Shown: piece by piece, positions 1 through 9,601 of the stretch
Numbering within the stretch: the stretch's first letter is position 1
Layout: every line of letters begins with the position of its first letter
DNA from: Candidatus Poribacteria bacterium
Lineage (GTDB): Bacteria > Poribacteria > WGA-4E > JAJDTR01
DNA length: 64,000 nucleotides
Direction of reading: 5' to 3'
Assembly: GCA_965222225.1 (NCBI GenBank)
Contig: CBDCTK010000002.1
Location: 160,001-224,000 of the forward strand
Notes under the pieces: model-generated
The model's input: only the letters and a program-made list of their open reading frames with translations
The model's database searches: none
What the model was told of the DNA's origin: nothing
Translations under genes and position numbers: made by a program

Positions 1-2889
1 GATTTCATTGTATTCCCTATTGCCAATACCTAGTTCTGCTTTGCCATTTTCGCGTAGGATGTAATAGATACCTCCCACGGGCTGGATGTCCTCAAAAGTC
101 AGTTCGCTCAGAAGTTGTTTGACGACAGCGAGATAAATCGGGAGTTGGAGACTACGTCCTTCTCGAATGGCGCGAATCTTGGGCACGCCGGCACCAGTCG
201 TGTAGTCGCCAATTGTGAAGATCCGATCCCCGATTTCGACACGGTCAATCTTTCCACTTAGATTAACGCCCCCCACCTTTACGGGTTCCCTCGAACTCAA
301 AATCCGATCTCCCGCAATTGAAGAGTTGCCGTATCCAAATCCGACCTCAAAATAACGAGGCTCGACCTCAAGTTCCCGTTCTCTCTCCAGATCTAGAAAC
401 CGTGGCAAAATCCCGTGTTTGCCTTTTCCGCCAATTATGGCTTCCATCTCGACTTCCCAAAAGAGGTTATCAGGGACGTAGACATCTAGGACGTTCTTGG
501 CGATCCGTGTTAGCTCTTGCAAAGCTACTTCAAACTCTGCATCGCTGCATTGAGCAATCGGCGGTTTGTCGTAACGTTGAACGTAAAACTCAGAAAGGAT
601 TTCGTGCAACCTGCGTCCCTTGCCAAGAGTGGTAAGTCCGTCTTCATTTTCTTCCTCTTCATGTTCGTATTTCAGGCGCAGAACGTACTTCGACAAGAAT
701 TGAAAAGGACATTGGCCATAAGATTCTAGTTTGCTAATTGAATAAGAGCGGCTGCGAAAGTTACTCAGCGCCTCCCAACTTGATCCGGAGAGCAACTGTG
801 AAGACAACTGTCCTTTGTACTGAGGTAGACGATGAGTTATACCACGACTTTTTTCAACGCGCACACTGTGTTCGACGGCAGGAAGTGCACGACGAGCCGT
901 AGATGCAAGATTAGAAAATTGTAGTGGTACGGGTGTACTGCTACAGTCCCCTTCTTCTAGCTGTGCCCAAACGTATTTCCCATAGTGCCTAAGAAAGTGT
1001 TCCGGGCTAAATAACACCCCGGATTTGGCTTGTTCGGTTGTGAAGTCGGCAATGTGCCCTAATTCGTCAATGAACGGTGACTGAATCAAGTTCATTTTGT
1101 CATCGTGCTCTGGTACAACCAGATAAAGATGTTCTCGGAACAAATTCAGAGCTTGATAAAACAGAAATCTCTGTTCGCGGAGCAGGTCGGATGCTTTACG
1201 TCTGAGATTTGGCGGTAGGAAGGCGTCGGGACGGAAAGTCGCCGGAAATTCACCATCAATTAGCCCGCCCAGTATGACGATATCGAAGTCTAGGCCTCTT
1301 GTCTGTGCGAGAGAAAGCACCGAAACCCCTGAATCGGTTTGAGGTTTTAGGTGATAAGTTGTTTGAGACGCCATGAATCTGAGCCAGTCAATATACGAAC
1401 GGAGTGAGTGGGATTGTTCATCTCCATGGTGAGAGATTAGAAACTCGACTAGCTCAGCAATGAGAGATTGGACACTGTCGAACGCACTAATTTCGCGCTC
1501 AATAGTGAAAGGATGGTCCTCGTGGAGGGCAGTTCCTTCTCGATCCAGAATCTGTTGTCTCACCCTTGAAAACTGTACTAGGCGGGCAACGGACCGCTTA
1601 AATTCGCCAGGCGACATTTCGGCATCAAATTCACAATCAGCAATGAGCAGCGCGGGATTTTCAACGGTAAAATACGGACTCTGGAATGCATCCTCCGAAG
1701 GTGCGGAGACGCTGTCTTCGATTTCGTCAAGCAACGAAAAGAGCGCAGCAGAAAACGGAGAAATCGAAAGCCGAGATTCTTCATCTAACGTATAAGGTAT
1801 ACCGTAAATTGGGAAAATCTCGTGAATGAGAGAAGCATACCGTTCTAGGTTGTAATACGTGAGGCAGATTCGATGTAGAGCAGAGGAGCATCCATTGAGA
1901 ATTCGTCCCTTGATTACTTCAGCAACCGCTTCTACTTCTTTGACACGGTCACGTGTTCTAAAGAGTGTAATCCGGTTGGTTAAATTCAATTTCTTAACAG
2001 ATGATTGCACTCCCCGGATTTTCCGGAAAAGATTTCGGGAAAAATGCCGAGTCAAAGTCGTATTCCGTGAAGGTCGATTCCCCGACTCATCAACTTGATG
2101 AAATCCTAACTCCAAGAATCGGGCATAGCTCTGTTCCACATGTCCAAATAAGGCATTGTTCTGAGCGTCCCAATCAAAAGTAACATACATGACTAGCCCC
2201 GGGACCCGGGCAATGCCTTCAAGAATTGACAAGTCTGCCAGAGAAGAGACATCAACCCCTTCGGCGACCACGAGGTCTACATCGGGAAATCCTCCGTGCA
2301 TCAATTGATTGTTCCGATTTTCTTCCTCAACTAGTCGGTTAGCAACCGCCCCATGTACATCCGCGCAATCAATCAACTGGTCACCGAGTCGCTCATTGTA
2401 GTTTTCGTAAATCGTGATAAAGTCTGAAAGTGCCTCGTTAGCAGCAGTCGGGTTGTGGTACGCCGAATTCACGGAATTTGACTGCATTTGAGAGGCATCA
2501 ATACCGTTTGTTTTGAGTTGACTAATTGCGTTTAGGAGTTCTGCTACTGTCCTTTTCGGCGGTGGGATTTCAGCCTTTGATTTCAGAGAAGGATATTGTC
2601 CGCCATCTACAATCTCGCGCAACCAGAGCATCTGAAGTCCGCGCGAAATGGTAGGTCGGATGTCGATGTACCTTGATAACCGGCTCACCACATGCTTGAA
2701 TGTATAAATTTTTAATCCGGCTATGGTGCGACGAGGAGCATGTCCCAAGCATTCACGTTGTCGCTTGAGACGCGCCTGTTCAGTTGAAACAATGAAAAGA
2801 AGAGTATTGCCATTTCCCTTTTCAAGGCGCTCGCGGATTACATCTTCAAATGGGAGGGAGGTTTTCCCATTGGTTAGAACTGTTTGCAT
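1..2889 (-). CDS. addB: AddB/RexB-like helicase-nuclease subunit with C-terminal PD-(D/E)XK nuclease; 3' end runs off the window
   Basis: Absent from the ORF track, probably because there is no stop in the window. Manual minus-strand translation of the ends and one internal segment gives MQTVLTNGK..., YSISKLESYGQCPFQFLSKYVL (first Fe-S Cys motif) and GKIDRVE...GDYTTG...SLQLPIY. The start and nuclease segments are in the same frame; the middle was not read codon by codon. Confidence 0.8.
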   Translation of the reverse strand, partial: MQTVLTNGKTSLPFEDVIRERLEKGNGNTLLFIVSTEQARLKRQRECLGHAPRRTIAGLKIYTFKHVVSRLSRYIDIRPTISRGLQMLWLREIVDGGQYPSLKSKAEIPPPKRTVAELLNAISQLKTNGIDASQMQSNSVNSAYHNPTAANEALSDFITIYENYNERLGDQLIDCADVHGAVANRLVEEENRNNQLMHGGFPDVDLVVAEGVDVSSLADLSILEGIARVPGLVMYVTFDWDAQNNALFGHVEQSYARFLELGFHQVDESGNRPSRNTTLTRHFSRNLFRKIRGVQSSVKKLNLTNRITLFRTRDRVKEVEAVAEVIKGRILNGCSSALHRICLTYYNLERYASLIHEIFPIYGIPYTLDEESRLSISPFSAALFSLLDEIEDSVSAPSEDAFQSPYFTVENPALLIADCEFDAEMSPGEFKRSVARLVQFSRVRQQILDREGTALHEDHPFTIEREISAFDSVQSLIAELVEFLISHHGDEQSHSLRSYIDWLRFMASQTTYHLKPQTDSGVSVLSLAQTRGLDFDIVILGGLIDGEFPATFRPDAFLPPNLRRKASDLLREQRFLFYQALNLFREHLYLVVPEHDDKMNLIQSPFIDELGHIADFTTEQAKSGVLFSPEHFLRHYGKYVWAQLEEGDCSSTPVPLQFSNLASTARRALPAVEHSVRVEKSRGITHRLPQYKGQLSSQLLSGSSWEALSNFRSRSYSISKLESYGQCPFQFLSKYVLRLKYEHEEEENEDGLTTLGKGRRLHEILSEFYVQRYDKPPIAQCSDAEFEVALQELTRIAKNVLDVYVPDNLFWEVEMEAIIGGKGKHGILPRFLDLERERELEVEPRYFEVGFGYGNSSIAGDRILSSREPVKVGGVNLSGKIDRVEIGDRIFTIGDYTTGAGVPKIRAIREGRSLQLPIYLAVVKQLLSELTFEDIQPVGGIYYILRENGKAELGIGNREYNEI

Positions 2890-3412
2890 AGATCAGAAGC
2901 AAAAAGTAGCTGGAGACTCAAATAAGACTCGGCAACTCATGATTTCGGATCGAATTTTCTTCTTGGTTCAATATGCGTTTTGACAGACGATTTACTTGTT
3001 TCTGGTGCTGGAAATTGGAAACATGGTTAACATCTGCCATTCAAACTTTCCAACGCTGTCTCGTATCCATGGCATCTTTGGCTAGGAGTTTATCATCTCC
3101 CACGAATCTCTGCAATTGTTTTGTACGAGCGGTGCCTAACGGTTAGCACGTGTGAGCGTCTTGACGAATGTGGAACGAGGTTCTCGGCTTTCCTGACGGA
3201 CAACCCTGTTCAGATTGGATACTCAAAGAGCGGTGCACGAGAGGCGCAATCGACGTGTCGACTAAACCCCAGAATCTTAATACAGGTGAATCATTGAGAT
3301 TGACATAGGGCAACGACCACCGTAAAATGGGCGACGCGAGCCTGTAAATCCAGACCTATGGAATGCGGATTACAGGTGCCCACCGTATTGTCTAAATTGA
3401 CTTGGAGCCGCC

Positions 3413-4192
3413 TTGATTACAAAATGGATTGAACCTCTGATTACGTTCATTTACCCGGCAGCATGTCGTGAATGTAGAATCTTGATAGGGATTGGTCAAG
3501 TTCCATACATCTGCGATGAGTGTTGGGCGAAAATTGAATGGCTCGAACCACCGTGGTGTCAACGTTGCGGCATTCCCGTGCACACTCAAGACGCCATCAC
3601 GGCTAACTCGCCGATCATCTGTTCTGAGTGTCTAGCCAACCCGCCATCGTACGGGAAGCTGCGGGCTACAGCGTTCTACGAACCAACTTTGCGCGAAGCT
3701 ATCCATCTGCTGAAATATGAAAGGAAACGCATTCTCGCCAAACACTTGATTCAATTGATGCAACATCATCTGCCTAATGATTCCTCGGGAGAGGACTATG
3801 ATTTGCTGTTACCCATACCCTTGCACAGGGTGAGGTACCGAAAGCGAGGGTTCAATCAATCAGAATTGTTTGCGATGGGGGTGTCCAATGTCTGGAACGT
3901 ACCGGTTCGAAATGACGTTTTGTTACGAGTCAGAAATACCGTTGCGCTCAGCAGGTTAAGCTCGCAGGCGGAGCGGGTGGAAACTATTACAGGAGCTTTT
4001 GATGTGCGCTTTCCAGAATCGATTCGAGGCAAACGTCTTTTATTGGTTGACGACATTTTTACGACCGGCACTACCATTGACGAAGCGGTGCGAGTCCTAC
4101 AACCCGCAAATCCTTTCACCATAGATGTCTTGGTATTATGCCGCACAAGGGTACCGGAGAGCAATCAATCCTCCACAGCAGACAATATTTGA
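3413..4192 (+). CDS. comF: ComF family protein (double zinc ribbon plus phosphoribosyltransferase domain)
   Basis: CxxC pairs (CREC, CDEC, CQRC, CSEC), RGFNQS and LLVDDIFTTGTT motifs. Confidence 0.9.
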   Translation: MITKWIEPLITFIYPAACRECRILIGIGQVPYICDECWAKIEWLEPPWCQRCGIPVHTQDAITANSPIICSECLANPPSYGKLRATAFYEPTLREAIHLLKYERKRILAKHLIQLMQHHLPNDSSGEDYDLLLPIPLHRVRYRKRGFNQSELFAMGVSNVWNVPVRNDVLLRVRNTVALSRLSSQAERVETITGAFDVRFPESIRGKRLLLVDDIFTTGTTIDEAVRVLQPANPFTIDVLVLCRTRVPESNQSSTADNI

Positions 4193-4425
4193 GGCAATCG
4201 TAAATATAACGTTTCCCGTTCTGAAAAGAATCAGGAGACTAGATGGCGACAGCCCGCAGTGAGCCAAAGATAATGAGCGATTTGAGATCGACAGTTCTTC
4301 CTCGAACGGCGAAATCTATTCTTCTCTTCATATTTTGCAAACCTCCGGGGGCACGATGGCATAGGGTTATCCGTTGAAGAAGGTAGGATTGTGGGCAAAG
4401 AACATGGGCAAGATTGAAAATTTGT

Positions 4426-4455
4426 TTGACGAATGCAGGGCTTTTGTGTGATAAT
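4426..4455 (+). promoter_or_regulatory. Putative sigma70-type promoter for gap operon
   Basis: TTGACG-N18-GATAAT upstream of gap. Confidence 0.35.
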
Positions 4456-4630
4456 TTCAGCAAAATTGTTCTTGATAAAATCCCCGTTCATCACGTGATG
4501 ATCTAGAAACAGAAGCTGTTGAGGGTTTGGAGCTTGTTTTCAGGTTGAACATCAGTCAGTTGTCTTCTGACGGCGAGTTGCTGCTCGCAACGCGGCAGGG
4601 GGAATGGAAACGAATTGGAGGATTCTGTGA

Positions 4631-5635
4631 ATGTCGGTGAGAGTTGGAATAAACGGTTTTGGTCGAATTGGACGTAATGTCCTCCGAGCTGCACTTCATA
4701 ACCCAGATTTGCCTGTGGAAGTTGTTGCAATTAATGACCTGACTCAAGCGGATACACTCGCTCATTTGCTCAAATATGACTCGGTACACGGAATATTACC
4801 TGTTGAAGTTGATTCGACCGAGAATGGGCTCGTCATCAATGGCAAAATGGTTCAGGTATTTTCCGAACGTTCTCCGGCGAATCTTCCTTGGTCAACGGTC
4901 GGCGTTGATGTCGTAATTGAATCAACGGGGTATTTTACTGATCGGGAAGAAGCCGAAGTCCACATCACGGAAGCAGGCGCCCAAAAGGTGGTCATCTCCG
5001 CACCGGCTAAAGGCGCCGATATTACAGTCGTGATTGGCGTCAACGATGACAAATATGATAAAGAGAAGCATCATGTTATCTCTAACGCCTCATGTACGAC
5101 AAATTGTCTTGCGCCACTTGCCAAGGTCTTGCATGAGAATTTTAAGATTCTTAGCGGGTTGATGACAACTGTTCATGCATACACCGGCGACCAACGGGTA
5201 CACGATTTTCCGCATAAGGACCTAAGGAGAGCTCGTGCGGCTGCACTTTCAATGATTCCGACAACGACGGGCGCTGCGTCGGCTGTGGGACAGGTGCTTC
5301 CCGAATTGGACGGTAAGCTTGACGGTTTCGCTATTCGCGTTCCAACGGCAAATGTATCTGTCGTTGATCTTACGGTCAATCTGGAGAAAAAACCAACCGT
5401 TGATGTTGTCAACGCTGCCATAAAGCGGGCTTCAGAACGCGAATTGAAAGGCATACTGGGGTATTCAGATCTTGATCTTGTGTCGAGTGACTTTAACGGC
5501 AATACCCTCTCCTCAATCTTGGATGCTCCGTTTACAAAAGTCATTGACAATGGGCTAGTCAAGGTGTTGTCATGGTATGACAACGAATGGGGTTACTCGA
5601 ACCGTCTCCTTGAATTGGCAACACGGGTGCTTTAG
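4631..5635 (+). CDS. gap: Type I glyceraldehyde-3-phosphate dehydrogenase
   Basis: GINGFGRIGR, ASCTTNCLAP and SWYDNEWGY motifs; GGAGG RBS. Confidence 0.98.
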   Translation: MSVRVGINGFGRIGRNVLRAALHNPDLPVEVVAINDLTQADTLAHLLKYDSVHGILPVEVDSTENGLVINGKMVQVFSERSPANLPWSTVGVDVVIESTGYFTDREEAEVHITEAGAQKVVISAPAKGADITVVIGVNDDKYDKEKHHVISNASCTTNCLAPLAKVLHENFKILSGLMTTVHAYTGDQRVHDFPHKDLRRARAAALSMIPTTTGAASAVGQVLPELDGKLDGFAIRVPTANVSVVDLTVNLEKKPTVDVVNAAIKRASERELKGILGYSDLDLVSSDFNGNTLSSILDAPFTKVIDNGLVKVLSWYDNEWGYSNRLLELATRVL

Positions 5636-5653
5636 GTAGGAGACGATTGGTAC

Positions 5654-6415
5654 GTGAGAACTCCCATTGTAGTTGCCAATTGGAAGCTCAACAAGAGCGT
5701 TGGTGAAGCCGTCAGATTTGCATCCGCACTCAGGGGCATGGTTTCGGATGTTGGCGGGGTAGAAATCGTTGTAGCACCAGCTTTTACCGCATTATCTTGC
5801 GTGGCTTCGACGTTGCAGGGAAGTAATATCCATCTCTCCGCCCAAGACGTTTTTTGGGAGGATAATGGTGCCTTCACGGGAGAGATTTCGCCAGCGATGC
5901 TTAAAGACGTAGGTTGTGAGTATGTGATAATCGGACATTCAGAACGACGTCAATACTTTGGCGAGACAAACGAAGCGGTCAGCAGGAAGGTCAAAGCCGC
6001 GCTTTCTAACGACCTAAAACCCATATTATGTGTTGGCGAGAGCCTTGAAGACCGGGAGGCGGGTCGGACGGAATCGGTAATCGAAGACCACGTCAGAAAC
6101 GCAATTGCAGGCATCTCACCGGATGCGATACTGTCAACGGTTGTTGCTTATGAGCCTGTCTGGGCAATTGGCACCGGTGTGACGGCAACATCTGATCAGG
6201 CGCAGAACGCCCATATATTTATCAGATCGTTGTTGTCGGAAATGTACCCCGTCGACTTGGCAGCCGAGGTTCGTATTCAATATGGAGGCAGCGTTAAACC
6301 GGATAATACCTCCGAATTGATGGCGCAACCGGATGTGGATGGTGCGTTGGTTGGCAGTGCTAGCTTGGAAGTTGAGTCCTTTGAACAGATTGTAAAATCG
6401 GCGAATAAACAGTAA
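5654..6415 (+). CDS. tpiA: Triosephosphate isomerase
   Basis: ANWK, GHSERR, AYEPVWAIGTG and YGGSV motifs. Confidence 0.97.
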   Translation: MRTPIVVANWKLNKSVGEAVRFASALRGMVSDVGGVEIVVAPAFTALSCVASTLQGSNIHLSAQDVFWEDNGAFTGEISPAMLKDVGCEYVIIGHSERRQYFGETNEAVSRKVKAALSNDLKPILCVGESLEDREAGRTESVIEDHVRNAIAGISPDAILSTVVAYEPVWAIGTGVTATSDQAQNAHIFIRSLLSEMYPVDLAAEVRIQYGGSVKPDNTSELMAQPDVDGALVGSASLEVESFEQIVKSANKQ

Positions 6416-6462
6416 GTAGCAAACACCTGAGCTAAACCTTAATCTAGAAAAGAGAGAGCCTT

Positions 6463-6891
6463 ATGGAAATTATTGTAGGAATTGTAGTCGCCCTTTTTGT
6501 CCCTGTGTGTGTATTGTTAACAATTAGCATTTTGCTGCAGGATAGTAAAGGAGAGGGGCTGTCGGGAAGTGCATTCGGCGCATCAGAGATGCAGTCCCTT
6601 CTTGGCGGGCAAGGCGCTGCTACGTTCCTGTCGAAGTTGACTACATACGTGGCAATCGCCTTTATGATCATTGCGCTATTTCTCATGCGATTCTATGGCG
6701 GCGGGAATAGTGGCACGCTTACCCCCTTGCAAATGGAGTCGGAACAGACTCAGGTGTCCACGGGCGATTATGAAGCTGACAACGTCAGCGACGAGGGCGT
6801 GACCAGCCAAACCGAAGGGGCTGATGAGACGGCAGCTGAATCAACGAACTCTGATAGCGATGACGTTGAAACAGCGCCTTCCAGTGAGTAA
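6463..6891 (+). CDS. secG: Preprotein translocase subunit SecG with acidic C-terminal tail
   Basis: Two TM helices around LLQDSKGEGLSGSAFG; located directly after tpiA. Confidence 0.9.
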   Translation: MEIIVGIVVALFVPVCVLLTISILLQDSKGEGLSGSAFGASEMQSLLGGQGAATFLSKLTTYVAIAFMIIALFLMRFYGGGNSGTLTPLQMESEQTQVSTGDYEADNVSDEGVTSQTEGADETAAESTNSDSDDVETAPSSE

Positions 6892-6993
6892 GAGATTAGA
6901 TAGAGGGCAGGATTGGAAATTTATTTCCGCTGCTATGCTAGCGTAATTTTCTTTGAATCAGATTGCTCTTGTTATTTCACTTGGTAAACGATC

Positions 6994-7431
6994 TTGCCGA
7001 TGTCAGATGATACCCTCCTTCAGCATTCATGGATAGTTCATCCGCTGCGAGATAATTGGAAACGAACCCTACTTCTACTCGTTTTACTCGCTATCTTTTT
7101 TACCGCGATTTACCTGAGTTTTCAGTCTATTGCCGTCACTATCCTTTCAGCAGTCTGTTTAATCTGTTCTCTATACCGCTATTTTGTCCCCTCCCGTTAT
7201 GAATTTTACGCCGATCGGGTGGTAATTGTCTCCTTCTCACGTCGATCGATGAAGCCGTGGTCTGATTTTCGCAGTTTTTACGCCGATCGCAACGGAGTGT
7301 TACTAAGTCCATTCGCGCGACCGTCTCGGTTAGAGAATTTTCGTGGCGTCTATGTGCGTTTTGGAGACAGCAAACGCCATGAGATACTTGATTTCATCCA
7401 GCGAAAAGTCCGCCCCGATTCAATCTCGTGA
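6994..7431 (+). CDS. Hypothetical membrane protein (2 TM helices plus small cytoplasmic domain)
   Basis: Two hydrophobic segments followed by SPFARPSRLENFRG; same strand as the preceding operon. Confidence 0.65.
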   Translation: MPMSDDTLLQHSWIVHPLRDNWKRTLLLLVLLAIFFTAIYLSFQSIAVTILSAVCLICSLYRYFVPSRYEFYADRVVIVSFSRRSMKPWSDFRSFYADRNGVLLSPFARPSRLENFRGVYVRFGDSKRHEILDFIQRKVRPDSIS

Positions 7432-7451
7432 TTTCTCGCGCATCTGCCTAC

Positions 7452-7778
7452 CTATGAACCGGGTGAATTCCTTTCGCTGTCACCGGTGCTCAGCTGGCAA
7501 GCGCAAGGCGTAGATTGGCATTTCGGACATCCATTTGCGTAAACTACCGCAGCTTCTTGGAGGTCTATACTAAGCAGGTTGGCGAGCGTAGCGAGCCAAG
7601 CCAAGACATCGGCGAATTCCTCTTTAAGCCGTTGAGTTTGGCGCGGATCGCTACGAATCTCCTTTGCAAGTTCTCCCACCTCTTCCGTAAACCAAACAAA
7701 TGTACCCTCCACGCCGCGCGCAGCGTCCTGATCAAAGTAAATCTGTTCAATCAGCTTCTGGAATTCTTGAACGGTCAT
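7452..7778 (-). CDS. MazG-like nucleotide pyrophosphohydrolase with C-terminal Cys motif
   Basis: EEVGELA...EEFADVLAW; CPKC...CAC tail. Confidence 0.85.
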   Translation of the reverse strand: MTVQEFQKLIEQIYFDQDAARGVEGTFVWFTEEVGELAKEIRSDPRQTQRLKEEFADVLAWLATLANLLSIDLQEAAVVYANGCPKCQSTPCACQLSTGDSERNSPGS

Positions 7779-7826
7779 TGGCGTAATAAAGTAGAAAAAT
7801 ACGCGGAGTGCCGGGATTCCATTACC

Positions 7827-8699
7827 TTACCGAAGTTTCTCAATCATTGCGAACAGGTTCTTCATGCAGATTTGAGACGCCTCCTCACCAGCTTCAGAAA
7901 ACGAGCTTCCTCCAGGCCGATTGAGCAATCCCTCGTCAATTTTTAGCGCCGGACGCCAGTGGGTCTCCAGAGAGATGTAGCCATCGTATCCATCGTCCAC
8001 TAACGCCTGAAGTTGGTTTTTCCAGTCAATCACCCCTTCGCCGATCGCCACACACTCTATTTTACCCGTGTCTCTGTTTTTGGCTGAATCCTTCACATGG
8101 ACATGAACCATCATACACTTCAAACGTTCATAGCCATCGGGATAAGGAGTTTCACCCCATCCCTCGGCGTGGAATTCATTTGCCGGGTCCCATACTACGC
8201 GAACATTTGACGAATCAATCTCACGAACAAAACGTTCCGTCAGTTTGGCGGTTGCAAGCGAAGTCGAAGCTTCGTTCTCTAGCCCCAGAATAATTCCCTC
8301 GCTTTCGGCAATCTTTACCGGTTCATCATAAGCAGAGACAATCTCACTCCATCGTTCCTCAACATCGTCCATTTTCCAAAATGCGAACGTACGAATCAGG
8401 TTCGCGTCAAACGCCTTGGCTAATTTAATGCACGCCCGCAGAATCTCGAGGTGTTCTTCGCGCGCCTTCAGATCATCAATATCACATTTGAGGAAAGGTG
8501 ATGCGATCCCGACTATTTGGATGCCGGGGCCATCCAAGACACGTTTCATCTGGTCAATATCATGGGTCGTCAACGCCTGTGGCGGCTTGTTCCAGACAGA
8601 TCGAATTTCAATCGCCCCCAGATTGAATTCTGCAGCAAAATTCACGACGTTTTGGAAATCTTGCGAAACCTCATCGCCTACGACACTGATTTTGAACAT
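7827..8699 (-). CDS. Sugar phosphate isomerase/epimerase (AP endonuclease 2 TIM barrel)
   Basis: LENE, WDPAN, HVHVKD and SLETH metal ligands. Confidence 0.85.
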   Translation of the reverse strand: MFKISVVGDEVSQDFQNVVNFAAEFNLGAIEIRSVWNKPPQALTTHDIDQMKRVLDGPGIQIVGIASPFLKCDIDDLKAREEHLEILRACIKLAKAFDANLIRTFAFWKMDDVEERWSEIVSAYDEPVKIAESEGIILGLENEASTSLATAKLTERFVREIDSSNVRVVWDPANEFHAEGWGETPYPDGYERLKCMMVHVHVKDSAKNRDTGKIECVAIGEGVIDWKNQLQALVDDGYDGYISLETHWRPALKIDEGLLNRPGGSSFSEAGEEASQICMKNLFAMIEKLR

Positions 8700-8712
8700 G
8701 CTCTTCTCTTTT

Positions 8713-9582
8713 CTAATGGTATGTATGTTCTTTGTCCGGAAATAATCCCTGCTTAACTTCTAGCCTGTAATGCGTTACGGCACACTTGAGATCCCTACCC
8801 AAGTCCGCATACTTCTTGGCGAAGGTAGGATTGAACTGATCAAAAAATCCAATTAGATCATGAAGGACTAACACTTGACCATCACAAGCTGCCCCAGCAC
8901 CGATTCCGATTGTGGGAATTTGTGAGACTGCGGTGATTTCTTTGGCAAGCCTAGCCGGGATTCCTTCAAGAACGATGGCAAAGCAACCAGCAGCTTCAAG
9001 CGCCTTTGCATCGTCCACAATCTGAGCCGCTTCCGATGGTTTTCGACCGCGCACGCGAAACGTTTCACTTGTCTGCGGTAACAAGCCTACGTGTCCCATC
9101 ACAGGAATACCATCGGCAACGATAGCTTTAATGCTCTCCAATTTCTTGCCCTCCGGTTTCACCGCGTCGGCCCCTGCATCGCGAAGTAAACGGGCATTCT
9201 CAACCGCGTCTGAAGGGGTTTCATACGTGCGATAGGGAAGGTCAGCAACAAGAAGGCATTCCGTGTTGCCGCGTGCAACGGCGCGGGTGTGATGAAGCAT
9301 ATCCGCCATTGTAACAGACCGGGTGTCTTCAAAACCTAGCACCACCATGCCAAGCGAGTCTCCAACGAGAATGACATCAAGTTCCGCATCGTTGAGCACA
9401 CGTGCCGTTGGACAATCATATGCCGTCAGCATGGCGATTTTCTGACTTGCTCGTTTCATAGATTGAATGAATTCGACGGTTTTCTTCATCTCTACATTGC
9501 CATGTGAGTTCTCCAACTTCACTGGAGCTGTGGCTCTTAATCGCGAATGATTTCTCTTTTCAATTCCGCCATCGACTGCCAA
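8713..9582 (-). CDS. panB: 3-methyl-2-oxobutanoate hydroxymethyltransferase (true start probably ~9489, MKKT)
   Basis: MLTAYD, LVGDSLGM, GHVGLLPQ and GIGAG...DGQVLV motifs. Confidence 0.95.
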   Translation of the reverse strand: MAVDGGIEKRNHSRLRATAPVKLENSHGNVEMKKTVEFIQSMKRASQKIAMLTAYDCPTARVLNDAELDVILVGDSLGMVVLGFEDTRSVTMADMLHHTRAVARGNTECLLVADLPYRTYETPSDAVENARLLRDAGADAVKPEGKKLESIKAIVADGIPVMGHVGLLPQTSETFRVRGRKPSEAAQIVDDAKALEAAGCFAIVLEGIPARLAKEITAVSQIPTIGIGAGAACDGQVLVLHDLIGFFDQFNPTFAKKYADLGRDLKCAVTHYRLEVKQGLFPDKEHTYH

Positions 9583-9601
9583 TCTCTTCCGAGATAGACT
9601 C

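Noticed and set aside
318-2983. Short plus-strand ORFs in the track, and similar antisense or overlapping ORFs throughout the window
   Set aside because: They are shadows of the long minus-strand addB frame or of other well-supported genes, and have no recognisable motifs.
6892-6993. tRNA-Leu often found after secG
   Set aside because: No cloverleaf or T-loop motif visible.
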